DNA from: an uncultured Lachnospiraceae bacterium
GTDB taxonomy: Bacteria > Bacillota > Clostridia > Lachnospirales > Lachnospiraceae
Reading direction: 5' to 3'
Length of the DNA: 64,000 nucleotides
Assembly: GCA_964566545.1 (NCBI GenBank)
Contig: CAZMIX010000004.1
Span: forward strand, 44,257-108,256
This document shows positions 10,133 to 20,020 of this stretch, in pieces. Every line of letters begins with the position of its first letter. Position 1 is the stretch's first letter. The notes below the pieces were generated by a model that saw only the letters and a list, made by a program, of their open reading frames with translations, searched no databases and was not told the origin of the DNA. The translations under genes were made by a program, and so were the position numbers.

Positions 10133-11761
10133 TTGAATAGAATTATGATAGGTGCAGATGCGATGGTAAAATGCCTTGAGCTGGAAGGCATAAAATCAGT
10201 TTTTGGCTATCCGGGGGTGGCAATCTGTCCGTTTTTTAACAGTATTTTAAGTACGGACATCGAGAGTATCCTCGTACGGACGGAACAGAATGCGGCACAT
10301 GCCGCAAGCGGTTATGCGCGTGTAACAGGCGGTGTCGGCGTATGTGTGGCGACGTCCGGGCCGGGTGCGACCAATCTCATTACTGGGATTGCGACCGCTT
10401 ATGCAGACAGCATTCCGCTTATTTGTATTACAGGACAGGTGAATTCTTCTCTGCTTGGAAGCGATGTGTTTCAGGAGGCGGATATTACCGGTGCGGCAGA
10501 ATCGTTTGTTAAATATAGTTATTTGATTAAGGATGCCGAGGATATCCCGCGCATTTTCAAGGAGGCGTTTCATATCGCTTCAACAGGAAGAAAGGGGCCT
10601 GTTTTGATTGATGTGCCGATCGATATCCAGAATATGTCCATCGGTAAATTTAAATATCCGGAAGAAGTTAATTTAAGAACTTATAAGCCAACAGTAAAAG
10701 GTCATGCCGTGCAGATTAAAAAGGTCATCAAGGAGCTTTCCAAGGCGGAGAGACCGATTATCTGCGTAGGCGGCGGTGTGCTGCTCAGCGATGCCAAAAA
10801 AGAGCTGCGGGCATTTTCTAGGGATCATCAGATTCCGATCGTTTCCACAATGATGGGAATCGGAGTAATGCCGACAAATGATCCACTGTATTTTGGCATG
10901 GTCGGAAATAACGGCAAATCCTACGCAAACATCGCAATGAACGAATCTGATTTACTCATCATGGTTGGTGCCCGTGTGGCTGATCGTGCGGTTTCTCAGC
11001 CGGATTTGATTATGGGAAATAAGGTGCTTGTGCATATTGATGTTGATCCTGCAGAAATCGGAAAAAATATCGGTCCGACGATCCCGCTGGTCGGTGACAT
11101 CAAACATATTTTTGAAGATTTTGAAAAGCAGGAATTGTCCTGTGACTTTTCTTTATGGCTAAATATACTAAACGGATATAAAAATGCAGCACCGGTTAGA
11201 AAGCCGTCTGATGCCCGCTTTGTGGATCCGTCCGTATTCATCCGTATGCTTTCCGAAAAGATGGAGGAGGATGCCATTTATGTGGCGGATGTCGGTCAGA
11301 ATCAAATGTGGTCCTGCGGTTATCATATCGTAAAGGAAGGTCAGTTTCTAACCTCGGGCGGCATGGGTACGATGGGTTATTCCATTCCGGCGGCAATGGG
11401 CGCGAAAAAAGCTGCGCCCGGCAAACAGGTAATTGCTGTCTGCGGAGATGGCTCTTTCCAGATGTCCATGATGGAGTTGGCCTCGATGCAGCAGCACCAT
11501 ATTCCATTTAAGATCATCGTTTTCCATAACGGCTATTTGGGTCTTGTTCGTGAATATCAGGATCAAACATATAAGGGACATTATTCCGTCGTGGATTTGT
11601 CAGGCAGTCCGGATTTTGGAAAACTCGCATCGGCTTACGACATTCCTTTTTTGAAATTAAGTAATGGAGCAAATATGAAACAAACGATAGAAAGATTTTT
11701 GCAAATGGAAGAACCTGCCTTGATGGAATGCATGATTGATCCCATGGAACCCTCAAGATAA
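10133..11761 (+). CDS. ilvB: Acetolactate synthase large subunit (ThDP-dependent)
   Basis: Typical AHAS sequence (GYPGVAI, TSGPGATN, GGMGTMGYSIPAAMGA, GDGSFQM). The true start may be ATG 10145 rather than TTG 10133. Confidence 0.92.
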   Translation: MNRIMIGADAMVKCLELEGIKSVFGYPGVAICPFFNSILSTDIESILVRTEQNAAHAASGYARVTGGVGVCVATSGPGATNLITGIATAYADSIPLICITGQVNSSLLGSDVFQEADITGAAESFVKYSYLIKDAEDIPRIFKEAFHIASTGRKGPVLIDVPIDIQNMSIGKFKYPEEVNLRTYKPTVKGHAVQIKKVIKELSKAERPIICVGGGVLLSDAKKELRAFSRDHQIPIVSTMMGIGVMPTNDPLYFGMVGNNGKSYANIAMNESDLLIMVGARVADRAVSQPDLIMGNKVLVHIDVDPAEIGKNIGPTIPLVGDIKHIFEDFEKQELSCDFSLWLNILNGYKNAAPVRKPSDARFVDPSVFIRMLSEKMEEDAIYVADVGQNQMWSCGYHIVKEGQFLTSGGMGTMGYSIPAAMGAKKAAPGKQVIAVCGDGSFQMSMMELASMQQHHIPFKIIVFHNGYLGLVREYQDQTYKGHYSVVDLSGSPDFGKLASAYDIPFLKLSNGANMKQTIERFLQMEEPALMECMIDPMEPSR

Positions 11762-11808
11762 ACGGGCTGAAAAACAGGAAGAAAGGAGAAGCGGCAAAGC
11801 ATCTTGTC

Positions 11809-12312
11809 TTGCCGCAACAAAATAAAATGAAAAGATTGTATTCCGTTCTTGTTGAAAACCGGTCTGGCGTTCTGATGAAGGTTGCCGGGCTTTTCTCAAG
11901 ACGCTGCTTCAATATTGACAGCCTTGCGGTCGGTGAGACCGATGATCCGAAAGTTTCCTGCATTACGATCGTTTCCTCGGGAGATAAAAGGACACTAGAG
12001 CAAATTGAAAAGCAGCTTAATAAAAAGATCGATGTCATCAAAATTAAAACCTTTGGCGAAGAAGAAAGTGTCAGCCGGGAACTGATGCTTGTCAAGGTGA
12101 AATACAACAAAAGCAATCGCCGGGAACTGATGGAGATCTGTGAGATTTTAGGCGCGCAGATCGTGGATATGTCCAAAACACTGATGATGATTCAACTTTG
12201 TGATACACCCGAGAAGACCGCGCTGTTCATTCAGATGCTGGCTTCCATCAGTGTTGTAGAGGTTGCAAGAACCGGCACTCTTGCTCTTCAAAAATGTGCT
12301 TTGAGCGACTGA
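11809..12312 (+). CDS. ilvN: Acetolactate synthase small subunit, paralog 1 (ACT domain)
   Basis: LSVLVENRSGVLMKVAGLFSRRCFNIDSL ACT signature plus the small-subunit C-terminal domain. The start is ambiguous (TTG 11809 or ATG 11827). Confidence 0.82.
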   Translation: MPQQNKMKRLYSVLVENRSGVLMKVAGLFSRRCFNIDSLAVGETDDPKVSCITIVSSGDKRTLEQIEKQLNKKIDVIKIKTFGEEESVSRELMLVKVKYNKSNRRELMEICEILGAQIVDMSKTLMMIQLCDTPEKTALFIQMLASISVVEVARTGTLALQKCALSD

Positions 12313-12389
12313 AGATTTATTACTTTCCGGATACTTTCAGCCGGCATTCATAACATGTAGTTATGGAAAATATGAATGTGACACATACA

Positions 12390-12418
12390 TTGACAAGCCC
12401 AAAGAATGTTGCTAGAAT
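12390..12418 (+). promoter_or_regulatory. Sigma-70-type promoter inside the ilv cluster
   Basis: TTGACA (12390-12395), 17-nt spacer, TAGAAT (12413-12418). It lies 69 nt upstream of the second ilvN. Confidence 0.5.
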
Positions 12419-12486
12419 GGGAAAAGTAGCAGAGATAAGCGACTTTTTGTTAATGAAAAGAACTAAATGGAAAGGCGGTAGTACAC

Positions 12487-12984
12487 ATGCAAAAAGTGTT
12501 TCAGTTAATTGTAGACAATACATCCGGTGTATTGAGCAGAATATCAGGGCTTTTCAGCCGCAGAGGATATAATATTGAAAGCATTACGGCAGGTGTGACG
12601 GCTGATCCAAGATTTACCCGTATTACAATTGTGGCAAACGGAGATGAGGATATTCTTGATCAGATTGAAAAGCAGGTCGAGAAACTCGTTGACGTGCGCA
12701 GTATCAAGGAACTGATACCGGATGATTCCGTTTACCGGGAACTGATCATGGTTAAGGTGCGCGCAAACGCAGAGCAGCGTCCGGGCGTTATCGCTGTATC
12801 TGATATTTTTAGAGCGAAAATCGTGGATGTCGCTCTGGATTCTTTGATCATCGAGTTGACCGGAAATCAGGCTAAGATCGATGCGTTTATTAAGCTATTA
12901 GAAGGCTATGAAATACTGGAGCTTGCAAGAACCGGTATTGCGGGCTTATCAAGAGGCACAGAAGGCGTCATCAATTTTGATTGA
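12487..12984 (+). CDS. ilvN: Acetolactate synthase small subunit, paralog 2 (ACT domain)
   Basis: LIVDNTSGVLSRISGLFSRRGYNIESI ACT signature plus the C-terminal domain. GGAAAGGCGG SD. Confidence 0.9.
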   Translation: MQKVFQLIVDNTSGVLSRISGLFSRRGYNIESITAGVTADPRFTRITIVANGDEDILDQIEKQVEKLVDVRSIKELIPDDSVYRELIMVKVRANAEQRPGVIAVSDIFRAKIVDVALDSLIIELTGNQAKIDAFIKLLEGYEILELARTGIAGLSRGTEGVINFD

Positions 12985-13037
12985 TTTGTTAGCTAGAGGG
13001 CAAAACCTTTCAGTTATAGAAAGAACAAAAATTATAG

Positions 13038-14069
<1,032 letters not shown>

Positions 14070-14097
14070 AGGACTGTTTGCTACAGATTCATAAAGA

Positions 14098-14135
14098 AAG
14101 GGTATCTGCATTTGCAGATGCCCTTGAAATTTTAT
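14098..14135 (+). terminator. Intrinsic terminator after ilvC
   Basis: Stem AAGGGTATCTGC / GCAGATGCCCTT (one G-U), followed by an interrupted T tract (TTGAAATTTTATTT). Confidence 0.6.
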
Positions 14136-14164
14136 TTGACATGGAAGGCTATTTATGCTATTAT
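14136..14164 (+). promoter_or_regulatory. Sigma-70-type promoter of the rplU-prp-rpmA operon
   Basis: TTGACA (14136-14141), 17-nt spacer, TATTAT (14159-14164). Confidence 0.6.
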
Positions 14165-14168
14165 ACAT

Positions 14169-14257
14169 GGGTATGCCGCATAGCGGGGTAATAAGTGTAC
14201 CCTTTTTTTCGAGAGGATACCACCGAAGCTAGCGAGTAAAACGATAGGAGGTACCCT
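14169..14257 (+). promoter_or_regulatory. L21 ribosomal-protein leader (attenuator-type 5' UTR)
   Basis: GGGTA...TACCC helix encloses a CCGC-ATA-GCGG hairpin and is followed by T7 (14203-14209), so it looks like a terminator. A second TACCC sits next to the AGGAGG SD and offers alternative pairing. The position upstream of rplU matches the Firmicute L21 leader. Confidence 0.5.
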
Positions 14258-14563
14258 ATGTACGCAATTATTGCAACAGGCGGAAAGCAGTATAAGGTTT
14301 CTGAAGGCGATGTGCTTAAAGTTGAAAAGCTTGGTGTAGAAGCCGGAGATACTGTGACATTTGATCAAGTTCTTGCTGTTAGTGATAAGAAGCTTTTAGT
14401 AGGCGAGGAAGTTGCAAACGCAACGGTTACGGCTACGGTTGTAGACAATGGAAGAGGCAAAAAGGTCATTGTATACAGATATAAGAGAAAAAGCGGCTAT
14501 CATAAGAAGAATGGTCATAGACAAGCATACACACAAATTAAAATTGAAAAAATCAATGCTTAA
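14258..14563 (+). CDS. rplU: 50S ribosomal protein L21
   Basis: MYAIIATGGKQYKVSEGD is the canonical L21 N-terminus. Confidence 0.97.
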   Translation: MYAIIATGGKQYKVSEGDVLKVEKLGVEAGDTVTFDQVLAVSDKKLLVGEEVANATVTATVVDNGRGKKVIVYRYKRKSGYHKKNGHRQAYTQIKIEKINA

Positions 14564-14584
14564 TAAGTGCGTTAGGTGATTCAC

Positions 14585-14905
14585 ATGATCATAGCGAAAG
14601 TTCTGAAAAAGCAGGATGGCAGTTATCATTCGTTTTCTTGTCTGGGACATGCGGGCTTTTCGGTCAAAGGAAAGGACATTGTATGTGCGGCGGTTTCCGT
14701 ACTTGTAATTAATACGGTAAACGCAATTGATCAGTTTACGGATGAGGAATTGGAATGCGGTACGGAGGATGCGATTGAATGGAAGTTTTTATCATCCCCC
14801 GGTGAAAAGGCAGTCCTTCTGATGGATGCGATGCTTTTAGGACTAAAAGAAATTCAAAACGAGTATGGAAAACGATATTTGAGACTTATTTTCGAGGAGG
14901 TGTAA
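14585..14905 (+). CDS. prp: Ribosomal-processing cysteine protease Prp
   Basis: Sits between rplU and rpmA. Conserved GHAG...DIVCAAVS motifs. Start set at ATG 14585, 6 nt after AGGTG. Confidence 0.88.
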   Translation: MIIAKVLKKQDGSYHSFSCLGHAGFSVKGKDIVCAAVSVLVINTVNAIDQFTDEELECGTEDAIEWKFLSSPGEKAVLLMDAMLLGLKEIQNEYGKRYLRLIFEEV

Positions 14906-14908
14906 ACC

Positions 14909-15193
14909 ATGTTAAAATTGAACCTTCAATTTTTTGCTCATAAAAAGGGTGTTGGTTCTACAAAGAACGGCAGAGATTCGGAGTCTAAGAGACTCGGCGC
15001 CAAAAGAGCTGACGGACAATTCGTAAAAGCCGGTAATATTCTTTATAGACAACGCGGAACAAAGATTCACCCGGGAGTGAATGTGGGACGCGGAGGAGAT
15101 GATACATTATTTGCATTAGTAGATGGTGTGGTCAGATTCGAAAGAAAAGGAAGAGATAAAAAGCAGGCTTCCGTATATCCGGTAGAACGGTAA
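14909..15193 (+). CDS. rpmA: 50S ribosomal protein L27 with a Prp-cleaved N-terminal extension
   Basis: [10 protein letters not shown]|[14 protein letters not shown]. The LNLQFFA propeptide is the known Prp substrate in Firmicutes. Confidence 0.97.
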   Translation: MLKLNLQFFAHKKGVGSTKNGRDSESKRLGAKRADGQFVKAGNILYRQRGTKIHPGVNVGRGGDDTLFALVDGVVRFERKGRDKKQASVYPVER

Positions 15194-15201
15194 AAAGTGC
15201 G

Positions 15202-15239
15202 CAGGGTTTTAAACTTCATTGTTTAAAACCCTGTTTTTC
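15202..15239 (+). terminator. Intrinsic terminator after rpmA
   Basis: 13-bp perfect stem CAGGGTTTTAAAC / GTTTAAAACCCTG followed by TTTTT. Confidence 0.75.
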
Positions 15240-15290
15240 AAACAATAGAAAATTTTTTCTGCGGAAATTAAGATAGGCAAGGAGAACAGG

Positions 15291-16577
15291 ATGTTTGCAG
15301 ACAGAGCAAAAATATATGTAAGAAGCGGTCATGGCGGCGATGGACACGTTTCCTTCAGGCGGGAAAAATATGTGCCAAACGGAGGTCCTGACGGCGGCGA
15401 CGGCGGAAAGGGCGGCAATGTTATTTTTGAAGTGGATGAAGGGCTGAATACGCTGACCGATTTCAGACATGTTCGAAAGTATTGCGCGCAGGACGGCGAA
15501 AAGGGCGGCAAAAAAAACTGCCGCGGAAAAAACGGGTCTGATATAATTATCAAGGTGCCCGCCGGTACGGTGCTTAAGGATGCAGAAAGCGGCAAGATCA
15601 TTACAGATATGTCCGGCGATAACAGACGTATTATTCTGTTAAAGGGGGGCAGAGGCGGCAACGGAAATCAGCATTATGCAACCTCATCGATGCAGGCACC
15701 CAAATACGCCCAACCGGGACAGCAAAGTCAGGAATTGAATATCGCAATGGAATTAAAGGTTATTGCGGATGTTGGATTGATTGGGTTTCCCAATGTCGGG
15801 AAATCCACCTTTTTGACAAAGGTATCGAATGCCCGTCCTAAAATAGCAGACTATCATTTTACGACATTAAACCCCCATCTTGGAGTTGTGGATCTGGAGG
15901 ATGCTAAGGGATTTGTCGTTGCCGATATTCCGGGATTGATTGAAGGCGCTTCGGAAGGTATCGGGCTGGGACACGATTTTTTGAGACATATTGAACGTAC
16001 AAAAGCAATGATTCATGTTGTGGACGCTGCTTCGATAGAGGGGCGCGATCCGGTTGCGGATGTTTATGCAATTAATAAAGAATTGAAAAATTATAATGAG
16101 GATTTAGCAAAGCGCCCACAGGTAATCGCCGCCAATAAAACGGACGCGGTCTCTTCTGATGCCGAAGATCCTGTCGAAAAGCTAAGACAGGAATTTGAAC
16201 CGCAGGGCATTAAAGTATTTCCGATCTCTGCTGTCAGCGGATCGGGCATAAGAGAATTACTTTATTATATGAGTGTGCTGCTTTCTACGCTGGATGAAAA
16301 GCCGATTATATTTGAACAGGAATACTTTATTACCGGTCAGGATGATGCAAGTGCACCCTATACAGTCGAATATGATGCCAAAAATAAAGTATATGTCATC
16401 GAAGGACCGCGAATTGAAAAGATGCTTGGCTATACAAATCTGGATTCGGAAAAAGGCTTTACGTTCTTCCAGAATTTCATGAAAAGCAACGGTATTTTAA
16501 ATGAATTGGTTGCCCTTGGCATTCAAGAAGGCGACATCGTAAAAATTTATGGGCATGAGTTTAATTATTACCGTTAA
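15291..16577 (+). CDS. obg: GTPase Obg/CgtA
   Basis: Gly-rich Obg fold (GGDGGKGG, GGRGGNGN), G domain GFPNVGKST and DIPGLIEGA, and a C-terminal OCT domain. Confidence 0.97.
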   Translation: MFADRAKIYVRSGHGGDGHVSFRREKYVPNGGPDGGDGGKGGNVIFEVDEGLNTLTDFRHVRKYCAQDGEKGGKKNCRGKNGSDIIIKVPAGTVLKDAESGKIITDMSGDNRRIILLKGGRGGNGNQHYATSSMQAPKYAQPGQQSQELNIAMELKVIADVGLIGFPNVGKSTFLTKVSNARPKIADYHFTTLNPHLGVVDLEDAKGFVVADIPGLIEGASEGIGLGHDFLRHIERTKAMIHVVDAASIEGRDPVADVYAINKELKNYNEDLAKRPQVIAANKTDAVSSDAEDPVEKLRQEFEPQGIKVFPISAVSGSGIRELLYYMSVLLSTLDEKPIIFEQEYFITGQDDASAPYTVEYDAKNKVYVIEGPRIEKMLGYTNLDSEKGFTFFQNFMKSNGILNELVALGIQEGDIVKIYGHEFNYYR

Positions 16578-16638
16578 AATATCCGATGTTATTTGACGTC
16601 GCTCAAAGACTAATGCCGCAGCATGAGAAAGGACAACT

Positions 16639-16929
16639 ATGACAAGTAAACAAAGAGCATATTTAAAAGGACTTGCAAGCACGATGGAAGTGATCGTCCA
16701 TGTTGGCAAATTAAGCATCACACCGGAACTCGTCGGTTCCGTACAGGAGGCTCTTGAGGCCAGGGAACTGGTTAAAATAAGTGTTTTGAAAAACTGTACC
16801 GATGACCCAAAGGAAATTGCACAGATTATTTCGGAACGCACCCGCTCTCAAATCGTTCATGTAATTGGAAAAAAGATCGTGTTATATAAAGAATCCAAAA
16901 AACCAAAGATTAAGATTCCGCTCGCATGA
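16639..16929 (+). CDS. yhbY: RNA-binding ribosome-assembly protein YhbY (CRM domain)
   Basis: MTSKQRAYLKGLA...VHVGK...G.K.VLY pattern; size 96 aa. Confidence 0.85.
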   Translation: MTSKQRAYLKGLASTMEVIVHVGKLSITPELVGSVQEALEARELVKISVLKNCTDDPKEIAQIISERTRSQIVHVIGKKIVLYKESKKPKIKIPLA

Positions 16930-16974
16930 CATTTGATTTATGAGAGCTATGGCAGAGAAGGAGAGACAGACAGC

Positions 16975-17583
16975 ATGAAGAAAAAAGTGGGGATTCTCGG
17001 CGGAACTTTTAATCCCATTCATATCGGGCATCTGATTTTGGCGGAAAGCGCCTATGATTCTCTGCAGTTGGAAAAGGTTTTGATCATGCCAAGCGGAATT
17101 TCCTATCTTAAGGATCCCGCGGAAATTCTTCCGGCAAAGCAGCGCATCCAAATGGTGCAGCTTGCGATTGGAAACAATAAGCATTTTGAACTGTCCACCT
17201 TTGAGACGGACAAGCCCGGGAATAGCTATACTCATGAAACTTTGACAAAGCTTCATGAAGAAAATCCAAATTGTGAATATTATTTTATCATCGGCGCGGA
17301 TTCCCTGTTCAATATTGAACAGTGGATGGAGCCGAAAATAATTTTTGATCATTGTGTATTAGTTGCGGCTCCAAGGTATCATATGGCCGACGAAGCTCTA
17401 TTTGAACAGAAAAAACGGCTCGAAAGGCTTTACAATGCTCGTGTACATTTGCTGAATACACCCAATATTGATATTTCTTCCAACATGATACGAGCGAGAA
17501 TTGCCGAGAAAAAAACAATTTGTTATTATGTCCCGAAAGATGTTGAAACGTACATTTATAAAAAGAAGCTATATAGAAAATAA
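16975..17583 (+). CDS. nadD: Nicotinate-nucleotide adenylyltransferase
   Basis: GILGGTFNPIHIGH motif and the ISS..IR motif. Start moved to ATG 16975 behind a GAAGGAGAG SD. Confidence 0.92.
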   Translation: MKKKVGILGGTFNPIHIGHLILAESAYDSLQLEKVLIMPSGISYLKDPAEILPAKQRIQMVQLAIGNNKHFELSTFETDKPGNSYTHETLTKLHEENPNCEYYFIIGADSLFNIEQWMEPKIIFDHCVLVAAPRYHMADEALFEQKKRLERLYNARVHLLNTPNIDISSNMIRARIAEKKTICYYVPKDVETYIYKKKLYRK

Positions 17584-17597
17584 AGGATAAGCAGGAT

Positions 17598-18221
17598 ATG
17601 GTAAACTTTTCAACAAATAAAACGAATGATATTCAGAAGCTTCTCCGGAAAGTAAAACGCAAGCTTGACCAAAAAAGATATTTGCACACGCTTGGCGTTT
17701 CTTATACGGCAGCAGCACTTGCAATGCGTTATGATGCCGACATCAAAAAGGCTCAAATTGCCGGCACATTACATGATTGCGCAAAATATATGGATGGACG
17801 GGAAATGTTGGAGCTTTGTGAGAAGTATCATATCAGCATTACTGAGGTGGAGAGAAGTAATCCGTTTCTATTACATGCAAAGCTCGGCGGCTTTTTTGCT
17901 ATGAAAAAATATCATGTAAATGACAAGGAAATCATTGGTTCCATTATCAATCATACGACTGGTCATCCAAATATGACACTGCTTGAAAAAATCATTTTTG
18001 TTGCCGATTATATTGAGCCAAACCGCTATAAGGCGCCTAATCTGAAAGAAATCCGGAAGCAGGCATTTATAGACCTTGATCTGGCTCTTGTGAACATATT
18101 AAAAGATACGCTTGACTATCTGATTTCTATTCATGTGGAGATCGACGATATGACACAGAAAACTTATGATTACTATAAACGTATTCTTAATGAAAAGGAG
18201 GAAAATGGAATTCATGGATAA
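17598..18221 (+). CDS. yqeK: HD-domain bis(5'-nucleosyl)-tetraphosphatase YqeK
   Basis: RYLHTLGV...LHDCAK HD motif. Conserved position after nadD. Confidence 0.85.
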   Translation: MVNFSTNKTNDIQKLLRKVKRKLDQKRYLHTLGVSYTAAALAMRYDADIKKAQIAGTLHDCAKYMDGREMLELCEKYHISITEVERSNPFLLHAKLGGFFAMKKYHVNDKEIIGSIINHTTGHPNMTLLEKIIFVADYIEPNRYKAPNLKEIRKQAFIDLDLALVNILKDTLDYLISIHVEIDDMTQKTYDYYKRILNEKEENGIHG

Positions 18222-18570
18222 CTCGAAAAAAATGGCAAAAATAGCAATTGCCGCATTAAACGATAAAAAAGCAGAGGATATCAAAGTGATTGATATTAGC
18301 AAGGTAAGTGTCATGGCAGATTATTTTATTATCGCTTCCGGCTCTAACCGAAATCAGATTCAGGCACTTATAGATAATGTGCAGGAAAAGCTGCACAAGG
18401 AAGGCTATACTCCAAAGCAAATTGAGGGCTATGAGACGGCAAATTGGATTTTAATGGATTATCGCGATATCATCGTCCACGTATTCGAAAATGAAAACCG
18501 TTTATTTTATGATCTCGAACGAATTTGGAGAGACGGCATTTTGATGGGCGAAGCTGAGTTTGAGGAATAG
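18205..18570 (+). CDS. rsfS: Ribosome silencing factor RsfS
   Basis: DYFIIASGSNRNQIQA and W.L.DY.D..VH motifs. Start at ATG 18205 behind an AAAGGAGG SD; it overlaps the yqeK end. Confidence 0.9.
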   Translation: MEFMDNSKKMAKIAIAALNDKKAEDIKVIDISKVSVMADYFIIASGSNRNQIQALIDNVQEKLHKEGYTPKQIEGYETANWILMDYRDIIVHVFENENRLFYDLERIWRDGILMGEAEFEE

Positions 18571-18614
18571 TATGCTTTCTTAATATATAGAGAGCGATCA
18601 TTAGTAATTATTCA

Positions 18615-18666
18615 AAAATCAGCCTGTATTAACTTCGATGAAGGAAGGTATGCAGGCTGATTTTCT
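18615..18666. terminator. Hairpin between convergent rsfS and lexA
   Basis: 12-bp stem AAAATCAGCCTG / CAGGCTGATTTT with a 26-nt loop; T-rich on the plus-strand side. Confidence 0.45.
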
Positions 18667-18721
18667 GCATTTTATTTATCATTAATTCAATATGCAAACT
18701 TATTGCTGATTCAGCATGTTT

Positions 18722-19339
18722 CTAACTCATAAGTCGAAAAACTCCAAAAACTTTGCCTAAAATATCTACCTGATTAACAATGATCGGATCCATTGCATCA
18801 TTTTCAGGCTGTAGGCGGTAATGCCCATTTTCCTTATAATAAGTCTTAACCGTTGCCGAATCATCAACAAGTGCAACGACCAAATCTCCGTTACGGGCTG
18901 TGTTACATTGCTCTACAAAAATCTGATCCCCATCAAAAATGCCAGCATTGATCATGCTTTCTCCCCTAACTTTTAAAATAAAAGCTTCACCGCTGGGTGC
19001 AAATTCAACAGGGATAGGGAAGTAGCCCTCTATATTTTCCTGCGCAAGAATCGGCATTCCTGCGGCAACGGTACCAATAATCGGAATACTCGTCATTTCA
19101 TGACGAACCATTTGGAAGCTTTCATCAATAATCTCAATTGCACGGGGCTTGGTCGGATCTCGTCGGATATAACCGTTTTTCTCAAGTGTTTCTAAATGAG
19201 AGTGAACGGAAGAGGTAGACTTTAAATGAACTGCTTCACAAATGTCCCTGACTGCCGGCGGATATCCCCTCTTTAATATTTCCTCCTTGATGTACTCAAG
19301 AATTTCCTGCTGTTTTGGTGTGATTTTTCCATAACTCAT
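18722..19339 (-). CDS. lexA: SOS repressor LexA
   Basis: Winged-helix N-terminus (ILKRGYPPAVRDICEAV), cleavage-site region (VAAG) and S24 peptidase Ser/Lys (GESMINAGI ... VALVDDSATVK). Confidence 0.95.
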   Translation of the reverse strand: MSYGKITPKQQEILEYIKEEILKRGYPPAVRDICEAVHLKSTSSVHSHLETLEKNGYIRRDPTKPRAIEIIDESFQMVRHEMTSIPIIGTVAAGMPILAQENIEGYFPIPVEFAPSGEAFILKVRGESMINAGIFDGDQIFVEQCNTARNGDLVVALVDDSATVKTYYKENGHYRLQPENDAMDPIIVNQVDILGKVFGVFRLMS

Positions 19340-19434
19340 ATGGTATCCTCCTTGTAAAATGATGCTTTCTATTGAAAATTATTCGCTGCAAAAGTATTTT
19401 TCTGAAATATAGATTGGTAAATTTGATTTATATT

Positions 19435-19464
19435 AGTATAACACGTATGTTCGGGAAAAGCAAA
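19435..19464 (-). promoter_or_regulatory. Putative lexA promoter with a degenerate LexA box in the spacer
   Basis: Minus strand: TTTGCT, 18 nt, TATACT. The spacer contains CGAACATACGTGTT (19440-19453), a good left half-site and a degenerate right half-site. Confidence 0.45.
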
Positions 19465-19496
19465 CATATATTCCAAATATTTGTTCGAAAAAAGTG

Positions 19497-19525
19497 TTGA
19501 CAATAGAATGTATGTTCTGTATAAT
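19497..19525 (+). promoter_or_regulatory. Consensus sigma-70 promoter of the LysM gene
   Basis: TTGACA (19497-19502), 17 nt, TATAAT (19520-19525). The spacer holds a near-box GAATGTATGTTC (19506-19517). Confidence 0.65.
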
Positions 19526-19535
19526 GCAAATAAAT

Positions 19536-19562
19536 AGAACGAATGTTCGCAACGAATGTTCG
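19536..19562 (+). promoter_or_regulatory. Tandem LexA (Cheo) boxes
   Basis: AGAACGAATGTTCG (19536-19549) is a perfect GAAC-N4-GTTC. It is followed directly by CAACGAATGTTCG (19550-19562, one mismatch), just downstream of the -10. Confidence 0.7.
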
Positions 19563-19607
19563 AATCGAACTACAGGAAAATCAGGATTTTTACGGGGGAA
19601 CAGAAAA

Positions 19608-20006
19608 ATGGAAGGCTATTATATGGAAAGGGCAGAAGCAAGGAAAATACAGAGATTACAAAGAGAAAAGCAGGTAAAGAGACAGCGGCGCCTTATTTTT
19701 GCCTTACTGTTTGCTATTGTACTGACAATTGCTGTACTATCTATTACACACTTTGCCTATGCCAGTGCCGATTCGGACACAGTTTCCCGCATAAAGTATT
19801 ATAAAAGTATTATGATTTATAGTGGAGATACACTGGAATCTATTACTTCCCGGTATATGACCACAGAATATAAATCATCGGAGCAATATATCTATGAAAT
19901 TTCCTGTATGAATCATCTTTCAGACGATTCGGTTTTGATTGCCGGCAATTATCTGATGATTCCATATTATGCAGACAGAACTTCTATAGAAATTGCTGCA
20001 AATTAA
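19608..20006 (+). CDS. Membrane-anchored LysM-like protein, YneA-like candidate SOS division inhibitor
   Basis: Divergent from lexA behind the LexA boxes. Basic N-terminus, one TM helix (LIFALLFAIVLTIAVLSI), and a C-terminal LysM-like segment (YSGDTLESITSRY...IAGNYLMIP). Start taken at ATG 19608. Confidence 0.55.
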   Translation: MEGYYMERAEARKIQRLQREKQVKRQRRLIFALLFAIVLTIAVLSITHFAYASADSDTVSRIKYYKSIMIYSGDTLESITSRYMTTEYKSSEQYIYEISCMNHLSDDSVLIAGNYLMIPYYADRTSIEIAAN

Positions 20007-20020
20007 CAAGGTGGACGCAT

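Noticed and set aside
11514-12176. 220-aa minus-strand ORF spanning the ilvB/ilvN junction
   Set aside because: It is antisense to two clearly recognisable genes and is low-complexity S/L/F-rich. The many other 60-160-aa antisense ORFs in the track, for example inside metH, mutS, mutL and PBP2, were rejected for the same reason.
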